64,000 nt of DNA from Blepharisma stoltei ATCC 30299 (taxonomy: Eukaryota > Protista > Ciliophora): NCBI GenBank assembly GCA_965603825.1, contig CBFDEM010000034.1:366971-430970 (forward strand). Direction: 5' to 3'. The notes below the pieces were generated by a model, which saw nothing but the letters and a program-made list of their open reading frames with translations, was not told where the DNA came from and searched no databases. Of the stretch, positions 35,313-45,704 are shown piece by piece. Each line of letters begins with the position of its first letter. Position 1 is the stretch's first letter. The position numbers and the translations under genes were made by a program.

Positions 35313-38300
35313 TTATTTATTAAATGAATATGGATTTACAGCTAAAGATAGTGTCCTGGGTTGTTCAGAAATAACAGTCAAAAAGTTATTACTTCCTCCT
35401 TTGACGATTTTTCTGATTTTTGGGTTGGATGATAGGATTCCGAATCCTCCCATAGTGCTTCTTACATTATTTTGATAGTTTTCTAGTTCTTCTTGGAGAG
35501 CTTTGATTTGAATATCAGCTTGCTTAAGCGATTCTTTCAAATTTTCTAGTTTATGCTCAAGGTCTTTGTTTTTCTCAGAAAGCCTGTGCATTTTTCTTTC
35601 TTTTATGTTACTTTCTAAAGAAAAGTGAGCTTTTTCTCTCATTAATTGATGAAACATTAGAGTTAACTGCTCAAGCTGCCTCTCTAAAATTATATTTTTC
35701 TGTCTTTCTTCCCTTTGGCCGCTGCTAAGCAGATTTTCCAAACTAAGTGTTTCTGCCTTTGCTGCCTCCACTGCAAGCTCCAATTCAACAATTTGGTTGA
35801 TTCTCATTTGTAATTGTTGAAGGAAGCTTCTTTTTTCAGCTCTCCATGAATCTTCATCAAAAGCTTCTTCGCTAGCTGTTTCTCTTATTATTGAGAGTTT
35901 GTTAGCTGAATCTGCATACTTGCTGAATATTTCCTTTACTTCACTGTTTTTTAGGTTCTTCTTTTTGTCCATTTCCGCTTTTTTTTCCATTTCTATCCTC
36001 TTTTCCATTTCTATTTTTTTTTCTGCTTCTATTCTCTTTTCCATTTCTGTCCTAATTTCCATTTCAATCCTCTTTTCCATTTCTATCCTCTTCTCAGTTT
36101 CAATCTTTTTTTCTATTTCCATCTTCTTTTCTATTTCTGCCCTAATTTCCATTTCTATTTTCTTTTCCATTTCTATCCTCTTTTCTGCTTCAATCTTTTT
36201 TTCCATTTCTATCCTCTTTTCCATTTCTCCCCTTATTTCTGTTTCAATTCTTTCCATTTCAATCTTTTTTTCAATTTCCATTTTCTTTTCTATTTCTGCT
36301 CTAATTTCTATTTCTATTTTCTTTTCCATTTCTATTCTTTTCTCTGTTTCCATCATCTTTTCCACTTCTATCCTCTTTTCCATTTCAGTCCTTATTTCTG
36401 TTTCGACTTTTTCCATTTCAATTGTTTTCTCAATTTCCATTTTCTTTTCGATCTCAGCCCTGATTTCCATTTCTATTTTCTTTTCCATTTCTGTGCTCTT
36501 TTCTATTGCCATCATCTTTTCCATTTCCATCCTCTTTTCCATTTCTTCTCTTATTTCTGTTTCTATTCTTCCCATTTCGATCTTTTTTTCCATTTCCATC
36601 TTTTTTTCTATTTCTGCTCTTATTTCCATTTCTATTTTCTTTTCTATATCTACTCTTTTCTCCATTTCCACTTTTCTATCCATTTCTATCCTTTTTTCCA
36701 TCTCAGTCCTTATTTCTGCTTCTATCCTTTCCATTTCAGCCGTTTTTTCCATTTGCATCCTCTTTTCGATTTCTGCTCTAATTTCTATTTCTCTTATCTT
36801 TTCCATTTCTGCTCTTTTTTCCATTTCCATCTTTTTTTCCATTTCCATCCTCTTTTCCATCTCAATCCTTATTTCTGTTTCTATTTTCTTTTCTATTTCT
36901 ATCCTCTTTTCAATTTCTATTCTCTTTTCAATTTCTTTCAAAATTTCTTCTTCTTTCTTATTTTCTTCCTCTTTTCTTTTCCCCATTTCTTCGATTTTCT
37001 GAATTTCTTTCTTCATTTCTATTTCTACCATTTTCTCAATTTCTTTCTTTATCTCTTTTTCTTTCTTTTTTTCCATTTCTTTCCTGAATTCTATTTCTTT
37101 TCTGTTTTCTTCTATCATTTTTTCGGCAGAGCCTATCTTTTTTTTTAGCATCTCAATCTCTACATCTCTTTCTACTAGCTGCTGCTCCAACTTTAGTCTA
37201 TCTAGGCTATTAGCTGATAAATCACCTCCATAAGTGTCTTTTTCTGCTAAAAGTTTGTCTAATTGCTCTTCTCTGTCTTTTATTTTTTCTTCTAAATCAC
37301 TTATTTCTTCAGCTAGTTGCTTTTTTTCGTTGTATAGCTGTTGGGTATATTTTATTAAATTGTCACATTCTTTTCTTAGCTCAAAGTTATCGAATTTCAT
37401 ATGGTCTAGCTGCTCTTTCAAGCTCCTTTGGCTCTCCATTTCTTCAGTCAGTTTTTGCCTTATCATTTCTAGCTCTTGGACTATTTCCATATATTCAGGT
37501 TGAAATAGATCCTCGTCTCCAAAAATATTGTCAGTTGGGTCTATATTTGGAATATTAATTACTTCTGTGCCTTTTTTACTCATTTCATCTTCAAGATGCT
37601 TGATTTTAATGTCTTTCTGCTTAATTTCTTCTTTTGCACTTGCAAGAAGAAGCTTTAGCTCTCCTATTGTAAATTCTTTGTTAATTTTTGGAGTGTTTTT
37701 TATCATTTTTGCTCGAATTCCGAATCTAAGGGTTGATATAGTTTCTTCTTCGTTAAATTGTGAAGGAGAACACGTTATTATTAAAGAAGTCTTAGAGTTC
37801 CCTCCTAAAGAATTTTCCAGGATCCTTGTAAGCTTTGAGTCTCTAAAAGGGACATAGCTTTTCTTCTCCGAAAGAGCTGTAATTACAATTCCTAGCGCAG
37901 TTAAAGAGGTGTTGATCTTTTTAGCTTCTTCAAGCCTTGTACCTTCAGCTCCAGTTTTACCGACCTTTTCTGAGCCTGCAAGATCAATCAAATGCAGTTT
38001 CCCAACCTTTGTGGAGAAATCCATTGAGTTAGATTGTGTGACAGTTATTGAGAATAAAGAATGCGACCTCGATGACTCTTTATTCATCCTTGTGAACTCT
38101 GTAGACCTGTTGAAATTCCCGATTTTCAAAATTTCAAAAATTTCTTGGCCTGATGATGTACAAATTTCTGTGAGTCCTTCTATATACACTCCTCTCGCTT
38201 TATTCTCTCTAATTTTAAGATTTTCTTTCGTATTCATCATGAGATCTCTAATTTTCTCCATATAAATTTCGCAATAAGAAACCCTCACAGTGAATTCTGA

Positions 38301-38705
38301 ATGCTCATCTGAATTTTCTATAATACTAAAAACTGTTGATACCATTCTTGGAATAATTCCCATGAGCTCAGGGTCGTCTAAATCTACCCCACTCATTGTA
38401 AATGTCTTCCCCGAAGACGTTTGCCCATAAGTAAAAATAGTCCCATTGAAGCCTTGCATTACGGACTCCACAATATGTTTGGCTGCCCTCTCATAAACCA
38501 TGGACTGGGATGCTGACGGGTCGAATACATAATCGAAATTGTATTTAACTTTGTCTGTAACTTCTAAATATGGCTGCACTGTGACTGTTTTTGCGTCTGG
38601 CGATATATCGATAAACTTGCGACTTGGGAGATTCATTTCTTTTTCGTTGAAGGGACGAAATCTGCAAAAAACTTGCACATTACTTGTACCTTCAGTTTGT
38701 TCCAT
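35313..38705 (-). CDS. Kinesin heavy-chain-like (kinesin-1 type) motor with long charged repeat stalk
   Basis: VQVFCRFRP, YGQTSSGKTFTM, SSRSHS, DLAGSEKVGKTGAEG; tail KIRKIVKGG resembles the IAK motif. Confidence 0.95.
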   Translation of the reverse strand: MEQTEGTSNVQVFCRFRPFNEKEMNLPSRKFIDISPDAKTVTVQPYLEVTDKVKYNFDYVFDPSASQSMVYERAAKHIVESVMQGFNGTIFTYGQTSSGKTFTMSGVDLDDPELMGIIPRMVSTVFSIIENSDEHSEFTVRVSYCEIYMEKIRDLMMNTKENLKIRENKARGVYIEGLTEICTSSGQEIFEILKIGNFNRSTEFTRMNKESSRSHSLFSITVTQSNSMDFSTKVGKLHLIDLAGSEKVGKTGAEGTRLEEAKKINTSLTALGIVITALSEKKSYVPFRDSKLTRILENSLGGNSKTSLIITCSPSQFNEEETISTLRFGIRAKMIKNTPKINKEFTIGELKLLLASAKEEIKQKDIKIKHLEDEMSKKGTEVINIPNIDPTDNIFGDEDLFQPEYMEIVQELEMIRQKLTEEMESQRSLKEQLDHMKFDNFELRKECDNLIKYTQQLYNEKKQLAEEISDLEEKIKDREEQLDKLLAEKDTYGGDLSANSLDRLKLEQQLVERDVEIEMLKKKIGSAEKMIEENRKEIEFRKEMEKKKEKEIKKEIEKMVEIEMKKEIQKIEEMGKRKEEENKKEEEILKEIEKRIEIEKRIEIEKKIETEIRIEMEKRMEMEKKMEMEKRAEMEKIREIEIRAEIEKRMQMEKTAEMERIEAEIRTEMEKRIEMDRKVEMEKRVDIEKKIEMEIRAEIEKKMEMEKKIEMGRIETEIREEMEKRMEMEKMMAIEKSTEMEKKIEMEIRAEIEKKMEIEKTIEMEKVETEIRTEMEKRIEVEKMMETEKRIEMEKKIEIEIRAEIEKKMEIEKKIEMERIETEIRGEMEKRIEMEKKIEAEKRIEMEKKIEMEIRAEIEKKMEIEKKIETEKRIEMEKRIEMEIRTEMEKRIEAEKKIEMEKRIEMEKKAEMDKKKNLKNSEVKEIFSKYADSANKLSIIRETASEEAFDEDSWRAEKRSFLQQLQMRINQIVELELAVEAAKAETLSLENLLSSGQREERQKNIILERQLEQLTLMFHQLMREKAHFSLESNIKERKMHRLSEKNKDLEHKLENLKESLKQADIQIKALQEELENYQNNVRSTMGGFGILSSNPKIRKIVKGGSNNFLTVISEQPRTLSLAVNPYSFNK
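35970..37110 (-). repeat. Coding tandem repeat: 18-nt (E[MI]EK[KR][IM]) units nested in a 159-nt (53-aa) higher-order repeat
   Basis: The EIRAEIEK anchor recurs near 36130, 36290, 36450, 36610 and 36770, i.e. about 159-nt spacing. Confidence 0.9.
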
Positions 38706-38887
38706 TTTAATTCAACATAACAGGATTTTGTGAGGATAAGCAACAAATTCATATAAAAAGAAATTATTATAAAAAAAACTAGGGTTGGGGTGGAATAAAT
38801 AGGCAAAAATAGCTTTTTTGTGTATGAATTTCTTATAAATCATAAATTTAACAGTGATAATATATACTCCTTTAAATTTAATAATAA

Positions 38888-39808
38888 ATGTCTATTTGGG
38901 AATTTTTTGTTTGGATTGGAGCTCTGATAATTGTGTATCAGATGATTATGTGGGTGTACTCAAGCTATTTTTGCAAAATCAACGTTGATAAGTACAAGTA
39001 CGGATGAGTCGCAATCACAGGGGCTTCAGATGGGATTGGAAAAGGGCTTGCCTTAGAATTTTCTCAACGAGGCTTCAAAGTACTCTTGATTTCCCGCAAT
39101 CCAGAAAAGCTAGCAGCAGTCACAAAAGAAATTTCCGAAATCACTAAAAATCCAGACCTCAAATACCTCGCAATTGATTTCAAATACTCTCACAGAGACC
39201 CTGAAAACTTCTACAAGCAAGTCATAGCCGACCTGAGCTCCTACAACATCTCAGTTTTAATCAACAATGTAGGCTTTGGAGGGAAGCCACAGTTTTTAAT
39301 CAATCAAGATTTATCTGAAATAGAAGAGATTATTGGGGTCAATGTTTACCCACAAACAATGCTTTCTTACCATCTGATACCTGTATTTTTGAGACGGTAT
39401 GAGGAAACTCATCAGAAGAGCTTGATCATGAACTTTTCTTCGTCAATTGAAGAAATGGCTTTACCTTCTTTTGCTATGTATTCTTCTACGAAGAAGTTTG
39501 ACCACTTTTTGAGTGAAGCAATAAGGTATGAGTACCGCCATGCAATTGATGTTGCGACGGTGAAGCCAGGGCTCGTGAGCAGCAATATGTCGAAATCACA
39601 TGGCTTAGGTGATTCAGCTGGGGCTTTGAGTGTTGAAACCTATGCTAAAAGCTTAATCAAAAACTTGCATACAGGAATCAACTATGGGCACTGCTCCCAC
39701 AGTATACAATCTTATTTTGTCAGAAGCATTCCTTACCTACTATTTTCCAAGCTTCTTCAATTGTTATTACCACTGCTAGTTAGGCTGAAAATTATCAGAG
39801 TGGATTAA
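38888..39808 (+). CDS. Short-chain dehydrogenase/reductase (very-long-chain 3-oxoacyl-CoA reductase/17-beta-HSD12-like)
   Basis: ATG 38888, N-terminal TM, G-W(TGA 39005)-VAITGASDGIGK, LINNVG, catalytic YSSTK. Confidence 0.92.
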
Positions 39809-39868
39809 AATTACTAATCTTTGCTTTTTTAATATTTATCTCCAATAAATTTCTCATTAAAATTCAAA

Positions 39869-40561
39869 ATGCCGAATTACGGTGATCCAGAATACTGGGA
39901 AAAGCGTTATTCAGAGCATAAGGACTCTACATTTGACTGGCTTGAGAACTATTCTACTCTTAAATCAATAATTGGCTCACTTGTAGCAAAAAACGCAAGA
40001 GTTTTAATCCTAGGCTGTGGAAATGCAGAATTCAGTGAAGATATGTATAATGACGGATATGACTACATATACAACATCGATATCTCCACAGTCGTCATTG
40101 ACCAAATGCGTCAAAGGAATATAGATAAGCCTCCAATGTCTTGAGCAGTCATGGACGTCAGAGATCTGAAGTTTGAATCCAACTATTTTCATATCGCCAT
40201 TGATAAAAGTACAATAGATGCACTACTATGTGGAGATCATGCCTATCTTAATGTTGCAAAAATGACAAGAGAGGTCCAAAGAGTTCTCCAAATGGGAGGG
40301 TATTACGTAGTTATTTCTTATGGAACACCTGATACACGGTTAGAGCATTTCCAATGGGAACACTTATCTTTTGACGTTTCCCAGATGACAATTGGAGACG
40401 AGTCAGGAAATCAGCATTTTGTTTATATTTGCAAGAAAAGAGAAGACGCTGACCAAAAATCAATGGAAAACTGGAGCATCGTCGAAAGAGTCTTAATGGA
40501 TGCTGATAAAGAAGAAGAAAATATTGAGAGCGATGAAAATGAGGAAGAAAAAAATGATTAA
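39869..40561 (+). CDS. SAM-dependent lysine methyltransferase (EEF1AKMT4/METTL13-like)
   Basis: YWEKRY..FDWL, LILGCGNA, IDIS, S-W(TGA 40142)-AVMDV, IDKSTIDALLCG. Confidence 0.92.
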
Positions 40562-40625
40562 TAATTAAGCTGATTAAAAAGCAATTATTTTTGGGGGGAT
40601 TTAACTGATATAATCAATAAATCAG

Positions 40626-41123
40626 ATGAACAGTCAAGGACAAGACCGTTTTAACTACCCATATCAGCAGCCTCATCCCCAAATCCCTCAGCTGAACCAA
40701 TACGCCAAGTCTGATATTCCTTACAGTCCAAACCCTGATTATTACCAGTCAGGCCACCAAGGGAAGTCTCATGGCTACATGCCTTCTCAATATTTTAATC
40801 AGCCACAACCTCAGGCAGCTGACGAGGATTTCATAAAAAAGGAAGAGCAGCTCCTCCAAATTTCTAGCCCAGAAGTCTTGCTTAAAAAATTCATGGAGTT
40901 CCGCAACTGGGGATACAAGGACTATGTCAACAAAATTGGTGACGAGTACCATGCTAATATTGAAATCGAACAAGAGGATTGCTTCCGCCAAATCAGCAGC
41001 AATGAGACTAAGGCAAAACTTAAGGTGATACTGGCAGTGCTTTATCATTATAACTCGTATCTTGCGTCATTGTGGTGTCAAAAATTCCAAAACCAGCTGG
41101 CAGGTGCTTGCAGTAAGAAGTAA
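40626..41123 (+). CDS. Hypothetical protein with Q/P/Y-rich N-terminus
   Basis: 165-aa ORF bounded by short AT-rich spacers. Confidence 0.7.
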   Translation: MNSQGQDRFNYPYQQPHPQIPQLNQYAKSDIPYSPNPDYYQSGHQGKSHGYMPSQYFNQPQPQAADEDFIKKEEQLLQISSPEVLLKKFMEFRNWGYKDYVNKIGDEYHANIEIEQEDCFRQISSNETKAKLKVILAVLYHYNSYLASLWCQKFQNQLAGACSKK

Positions 41124-41162
41124 TTAAGAATTTCTTTTAAATTTTTCATTTTTATAGTAAAA

Positions 41163-42381
41163 ATGAGGACGGATCAAAATACTTTGATATTGAATATTGT
41201 GAGTGGAAGCCTGCATATTGGAAATCTGGTGATTTTGAGTGTTTCGGCGAGTGAATATTTGCCGCAGCTGGGGTTGAAAGAGTCAGCATCTGGCATGCTG
41301 TATAGCATTAATTGGGCAGGAGCTTTGTTCTCATTGTTTTTGTTCAGCTGATGAAGCAATTTTGGGTATGCTTACCCATCATACACTTCAGCAATACTTG
41401 CTATGCTCGGGAACTTTCTTAACTCTTTAGCTTTCCAGCATGGCTATGAGTTAGCTTATATAGGAAGGTATCGCTTAGTGCAGATTTTTATTTGGATTAG
41501 GAACTCCTAGAGTTTTGAACCGAAGATATATCGGAGACCATACCCAATCAAGTGAAAGAACTAAATGGGCAACTTATTATGTTGCTGGCTGCTTATTATT
41601 TTCATCCATAAGCTCCTATGCACTAGGATGGATGAATTTTGAAGCAGAAAATTTTGGCTTAATAGTAAACAAACACACATCTCCAGGATATATCATGGCA
41701 GCAGTATGGCTTATCTATATTTTTGCTATGGCTCTTATGTTTAAAGAGCCAGCTGACAAAAGCTCTTCTTCATCACCTATCAAAAGTGACCAATCTTCGC
41801 TACTATTTGCAGGATATGGACTCTGGGCTGCCTTTTTATCAAAACTTATGATGGATTATTTAGTTCTTTCTGCCCCTTTGGTGCTTGTGCACACATGGAA
41901 TTGGGAAAATAAATCAGTTGGAACCTTTTTTGGATTTGCGTATTTAGCTGTATTTTTTATTCAATTATATTTAGCTAATTATAGCAGAGGGTCACAAGAA
42001 ACCAGACTTTTGGTGCTTGGAATAGGGGTTGCAGGGATTGGTGGAAGTATGATTAGCTCTTTGTGGTATTCCTCTCTAATACAATACTTAGTTGGGGCTA
42101 TTGTGCTGCTATCAGGGACTAATTTCACTGATGGGGTCACCACTTCTTTTCTATCAAAATGCTTGCCGCCAAGCTATTCGACTGGAATTTTAAATGCAGG
42201 ATTTCTTGTAACTCTTTGTGGGACTTTAGGGAGAATCGCTGCAGGGCTGATAATTGCTTATATTGACCAAGGAAATTATGACTTGCTAAATTTGCTGATG
42301 TTTCCTATGATGGTGTGCTGTGTAGCGACTATGTTTTTGTTTAGGAATAATAGCAGAGATTTAGAAGGTAAAATAGATTAA
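41163..42381 (+). CDS. MFS transporter resembling the MFS domain of SPX-MFS/MFSD8-type proteins; one 16-nt intron
   Basis: Tandem TGA TGA at 41349-41354 gives SWWSN. Removing intron 41468-41483 restores IGRFLFGLG..RVLNRRYIGD. Also TSPGYIMAAVW. Confidence 0.85.
41468..41483 (+). other. 16-nt intron
   Basis: gtatcgcttAgtgcag; explains the +1 frame change and restores IGRFLFGLG. Confidence 0.88.
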
Positions 42382-42555
42382 ATTAGCTACAGATCATCTA
42401 ATTAATATTGACTCATTTTAAACTCAAATACCAATAATATAGTTGAAATATTGAGCTTCTCTATGAAATTTCCCTCATAACTCTCACAGTAATTAAAAAA
42501 TTCACCATTTAATTTTCTGGAAAATCACTCACAGAATCTATTAATATAATAAACA

Positions 42556-43167
42556 ATGTCCGAAGAAAGGCTGTGCAAGCACGAAGGCCCATGCTGGGAA
42601 AATGCTTTTAAAGGCTTCATCAAAGCATTTCTCCAAAGTCTTGCCGCTAAATCTATGATCAGCTTAATTTTTAATTTTATTCTGGAGAAAGGCTACAAAC
42701 ATCCAATGAAGAGCCTGATGAAGATTTTCTCGATTGACACACTGAGATTTGTGGGCTTTGCCTCCTTTATGAATATTTTGTACAAAGGGACTTTATGCAT
42801 TTTGAGACATTATAGGAAAAAAGAAGACTCTTTTAACTATTTTGTCTCTGGCTGCGTTAGCGGACTATCTGTTTTCGTAGAAGACCCTGGGAGGAGAGAG
42901 ACTTGGGCTCTTTATTTCTTTGCGAGGTTCGTGGATATCGTGCTGAGGGTAAATGGGAAGAAATACAATATTGATATAAATAGAGTAGAGGTTGGTATTT
43001 TTATGATCACTGTATGTTTTATGGTTTATTGCTATGGAGCTGAAAAAGATAATATGCTCAAGTCCTATTATAACTTTTTGGATCTTTTATTCCAGCCTTC
43101 TAGGATTGAAAAGTTTTGTTTGAATTTATGGAGTAAGCAAAACGCTGAAAAAATGCCTCTTAAATAA
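42556..43167 (+). CDS. TMEM135/PXMP4-like membrane protein
   Basis: C-x-H-x-G-P-C N-terminus, LRF..F...YK..LC.LR, FVSGCVSGLS..E...RR...ALY. Confidence 0.7.
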   Translation: MSEERLCKHEGPCWENAFKGFIKAFLQSLAAKSMISLIFNFILEKGYKHPMKSLMKIFSIDTLRFVGFASFMNILYKGTLCILRHYRKKEDSFNYFVSGCVSGLSVFVEDPGRRETWALYFFARFVDIVLRVNGKKYNIDINRVEVGIFMITVCFMVYCYGAEKDNMLKSYYNFLDLLFQPSRIEKFCLNLWSKQNAEKMPLK

Positions 43168-43607
43168 TGCTATTTGAGGATTTATTTTTACATTAAATGA
43201 TGATTGATTATTTATAAAAGTTGAAATTTTATTTGTTTTAATAAATTCAAAAAATTGCTATTATTTAGATGTGTTGATGCCATATAGAAGAACTATTTTT
43301 TGAACGCGAATCTTTTAAAGATTTTGTTAGATTCAAAACCAATTGAACCCTTAGAATTTCTTCGTGTGGCTTATACTCCAAAAAATTATCCTTAGCTTTG
43401 TATTTAAATAGCATTTTAATTTATTTTTTTATAGAATTCGACAAGCTTCAGAGTACTCATTTTTTTAATCGTACCAGAAAAACACTCCTTTATGCTACCA
43501 GTATATATATTGTTACGGTCACTCGTAAGGGACATTAAATGTTATAAATCCAGTTAAACTAAGATATGTAAGTGCGCTTTATGAAAATTATATGTTTATG
43601 CATTTAA

Positions 43608-45704
43608 TTAAGGAGACCGTTGAATATTATCCAAAAAAGTACCTTTTTTTGTACCAGCTCGCTTTATTGGAGATTCTGGCTCTCTTGCTGTTTGAATTAG
43701 CGATCTGCTTGAATTACTTCTTCTCTGAACAGCAAAGCATGTTGCAAATTTTGAATTTCCATTACCAAGAGCTTCTTGTAAAATCTTAGTTGCTTTTCTC
43801 GGTGATAAACTTGTCCTTCCCGAAGATTTTTCGTTAACTACATAAGAAATACTTATCGAGCTCGCAAATTTTCCCATTAAGCTTCTTCTTTTTTCATTTG
43901 CCTCAGCTTTCTTTCTATTTTCAAATTTTTCTATCTCCTGAATAGTATAGATTTCCAGGAACTTATCAATGAGCATAAATCCTCCTCCAACTCTTACTAA
44001 ATAACAATTACTTATAAGTTTCCCGTTTTCAAGCTTTACAAATACGCGCTTTGTCCCATAGGAATACAAGCCTTCATCTTCTCTTATGAAAGGAATATCT
44101 AAAGGTCTGTCCCTAGTGTTTACATAATCAGCCATAGCTGCATCTATTGGGTCATTTTTTACTGGGATATATACAGGGATGTTTTTTCTCAGCTCAGTGA
44201 TGACATCTTTGAGTGCTTCTATTTCAGCTTCATTATCATTGATTATTGAGTTCATTTCTTTAAGCGCCCTTTGCTGGACTAAATTGTTTTCGGCGTTTTT
44301 GAGATAGGAGAGGCCCATTGTTTCAATATCATTGGATAATTTATTTATAACAGAATTGGCTGAGTTATGGACTTTTTTGACTTCTTCTTTAAGAGAATTT
44401 GTGTCGTTTTGTAAGACTAGCTGCTGCTCAACTTCGAGAAAGTGAGAAGAAAGCTCTTTTAGACCGTTTTCTGACTGCTGAAGCAAGGAGTCTTGATTTT
44501 GGATTTTTTCTTTTAATGAATCATTTTCGGAGCACAGAGTTTTATTTTTTGCTAAAATTTCATTTTTCTGCTTAGTTAGTTCTTGGTAAGAGCTTGAGTG
44601 TTTTTCAGCCATGTCCTTTAGTTTTGAGCTCAGAGAAGCACATTCTCCTTGAAATTTTTTTGCGAGATCTTCCATCTGTTTTGCCTTGGCGGCTTGATCT
44701 TTTAATCCATTTATCTCTGCAAAGAATTTTTGCTTTTCTGACTGCAAGTTCAATATTTGGTTTTCTTTGTTTTCGTTTTGAGAAATTAGCCCATGCCTTT
44801 CAATCTTCAAATTATTCAAGTCTTTTAATAAATCTGCATTATCCGTCTTTATCTTATTGATTTCACGATCATATTCTTTAGACTTGTTGTCAAATTCGTT
44901 TATTGAGTCTTTATAGAGCTCTCTCAGTTCTTTCCTTTTATTTTCCTCCACTTGTATCCTTTCCTTCAGTTTTCCGATCATATCTTGCATATTTTCAAAG
45001 TTTTGTGCTTCTGCTTTTAATTTGCCTATTTCTGTTTTAAGAATTTCGTTTTCATTTATTAGCTTTTCCTCTATTTTGCATTTCTCTTTAAATTTAGTTT
45101 GGAGCTCCAATAACGCTTTGGCATTTTTGTCTCTTTCTCCTCTAATTTTAGTTAAGAACTCATCCTGCTGCTTTCTTTTGTGCTCTATATCAAAAGAGGT
45201 TTCCTCAATAGCGCGTTCAAGGTTTTCTCTTTCTTCGAGGCTTTCCAGTGCTTGGCTCCGAAATTCTTCAAGCCGCAACTCAATTAATTGGAAGGCTTTC
45301 AATTTTTCGTTTAAGCCTAAAAGAAGAGATCTCAAATGGTCTGCTTCTTGAGAATTCGCTTTTCCTTTTCTTGATGATAAATTCAAGATATCTAGAGCAA
45401 GCTCTTGAGGAGAGAGTTTGAGGCTGTATTTGGATTTGGGATTGAGAGCTTGTGCGATTTCCAGGATGACAATTTGGGTTTCTTTTAAGATTTTTAAGTT
45501 TTGATCGTTGGAGAGAGAAATATTTTCTAAGGAATTATTTTCTTCACAGGAAGTTGAAAGCTTGAGTTTGGTTTCTTTACGCGATTGTTTAGATTCAGAC
45601 GAAAAATTCAATTTTCTGTCAAAAGAAAATGGATCTTCTGAAGAAAGAATTCGTTTTGAGCTTGATTTAGACTTCATAGGAGTTAACCGATCACTTGGAT
45701 TCAT
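43608..45704 (-). CDS. Coiled-coil protein with C-terminal GAS2 (GAR) microtubule-binding domain; two in-frame 15-nt introns
   Basis: DPIDAAMADYVN..FIREDEGLYSYGTKRVFVK..IRVGGGFM..FL. Removing 43997-44011 restores KLIIRVGGG. Second intron at 43838-43852. Confidence 0.88.
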   Translation of the reverse strand: MNPSDRLTPMKSKSSSKRILSSEDPFSFDRKLNFSSESKQSRKETKLKLSTSCEENNSLENISLSNDQNLKILKETQIVILEIAQALNPKSKYSLKLSPQELALDILNLSSRKGKANSQEADHLRSLLLGLNEKLKAFQLIELRLEEFRSQALESLEERENLERAIEETSFDIEHKRKQQDEFLTKIRGERDKNAKALLELQTKFKEKCKIEEKLINENEILKTEIGKLKAEAQNFENMQDMIGKLKERIQVEENKRKELRELYKDSINEFDNKSKEYDREINKIKTDNADLLKDLNNLKIERHGLISQNENKENQILNLQSEKQKFFAEINGLKDQAAKAKQMEDLAKKFQGECASLSSKLKDMAEKHSSSYQELTKQKNEILAKNKTLCSENDSLKEKIQNQDSLLQQSENGLKELSSHFLEVEQQLVLQNDTNSLKEEVKKVHNSANSVINKLSNDIETMGLSYLKNAENNLVQQRALKEMNSIINDNEAEIEALKDVITELRKNIPVYIPVKNDPIDAAMADYVNTRDRPLDIPFIREDEGLYSYGTKRVFVKLENGKLISNCYLVRVGGGFMLIDKFLEIYTIQEIEKFENRKKAEANEKRRSLMGKFASSISISYVVNEKSSGRTSLSPRKATKILQEALGNGNSKFATCFAVQRRSNSSRSLIQTAREPESPIKRAGTKKGTFLDNIQRSP
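43838..43852 (-). other. 15-nt intron (in-frame, no stop)
   Basis: gtatttcttAtgtag on the minus strand. Confidence 0.75.
43997..44011 (-). other. 15-nt intron (in-frame, no stop)
   Basis: gtaattgttAtttag; removal restores the GAS2 motif spacing. Confidence 0.88.

Noticed and set aside
35899-37148. 367-aa plus-strand ORF and overlapping S/I/F-rich ORFs
   Set aside because: Antisense shadows of the kinesin E/K/M repeat, which lacks stops on the opposite strand.
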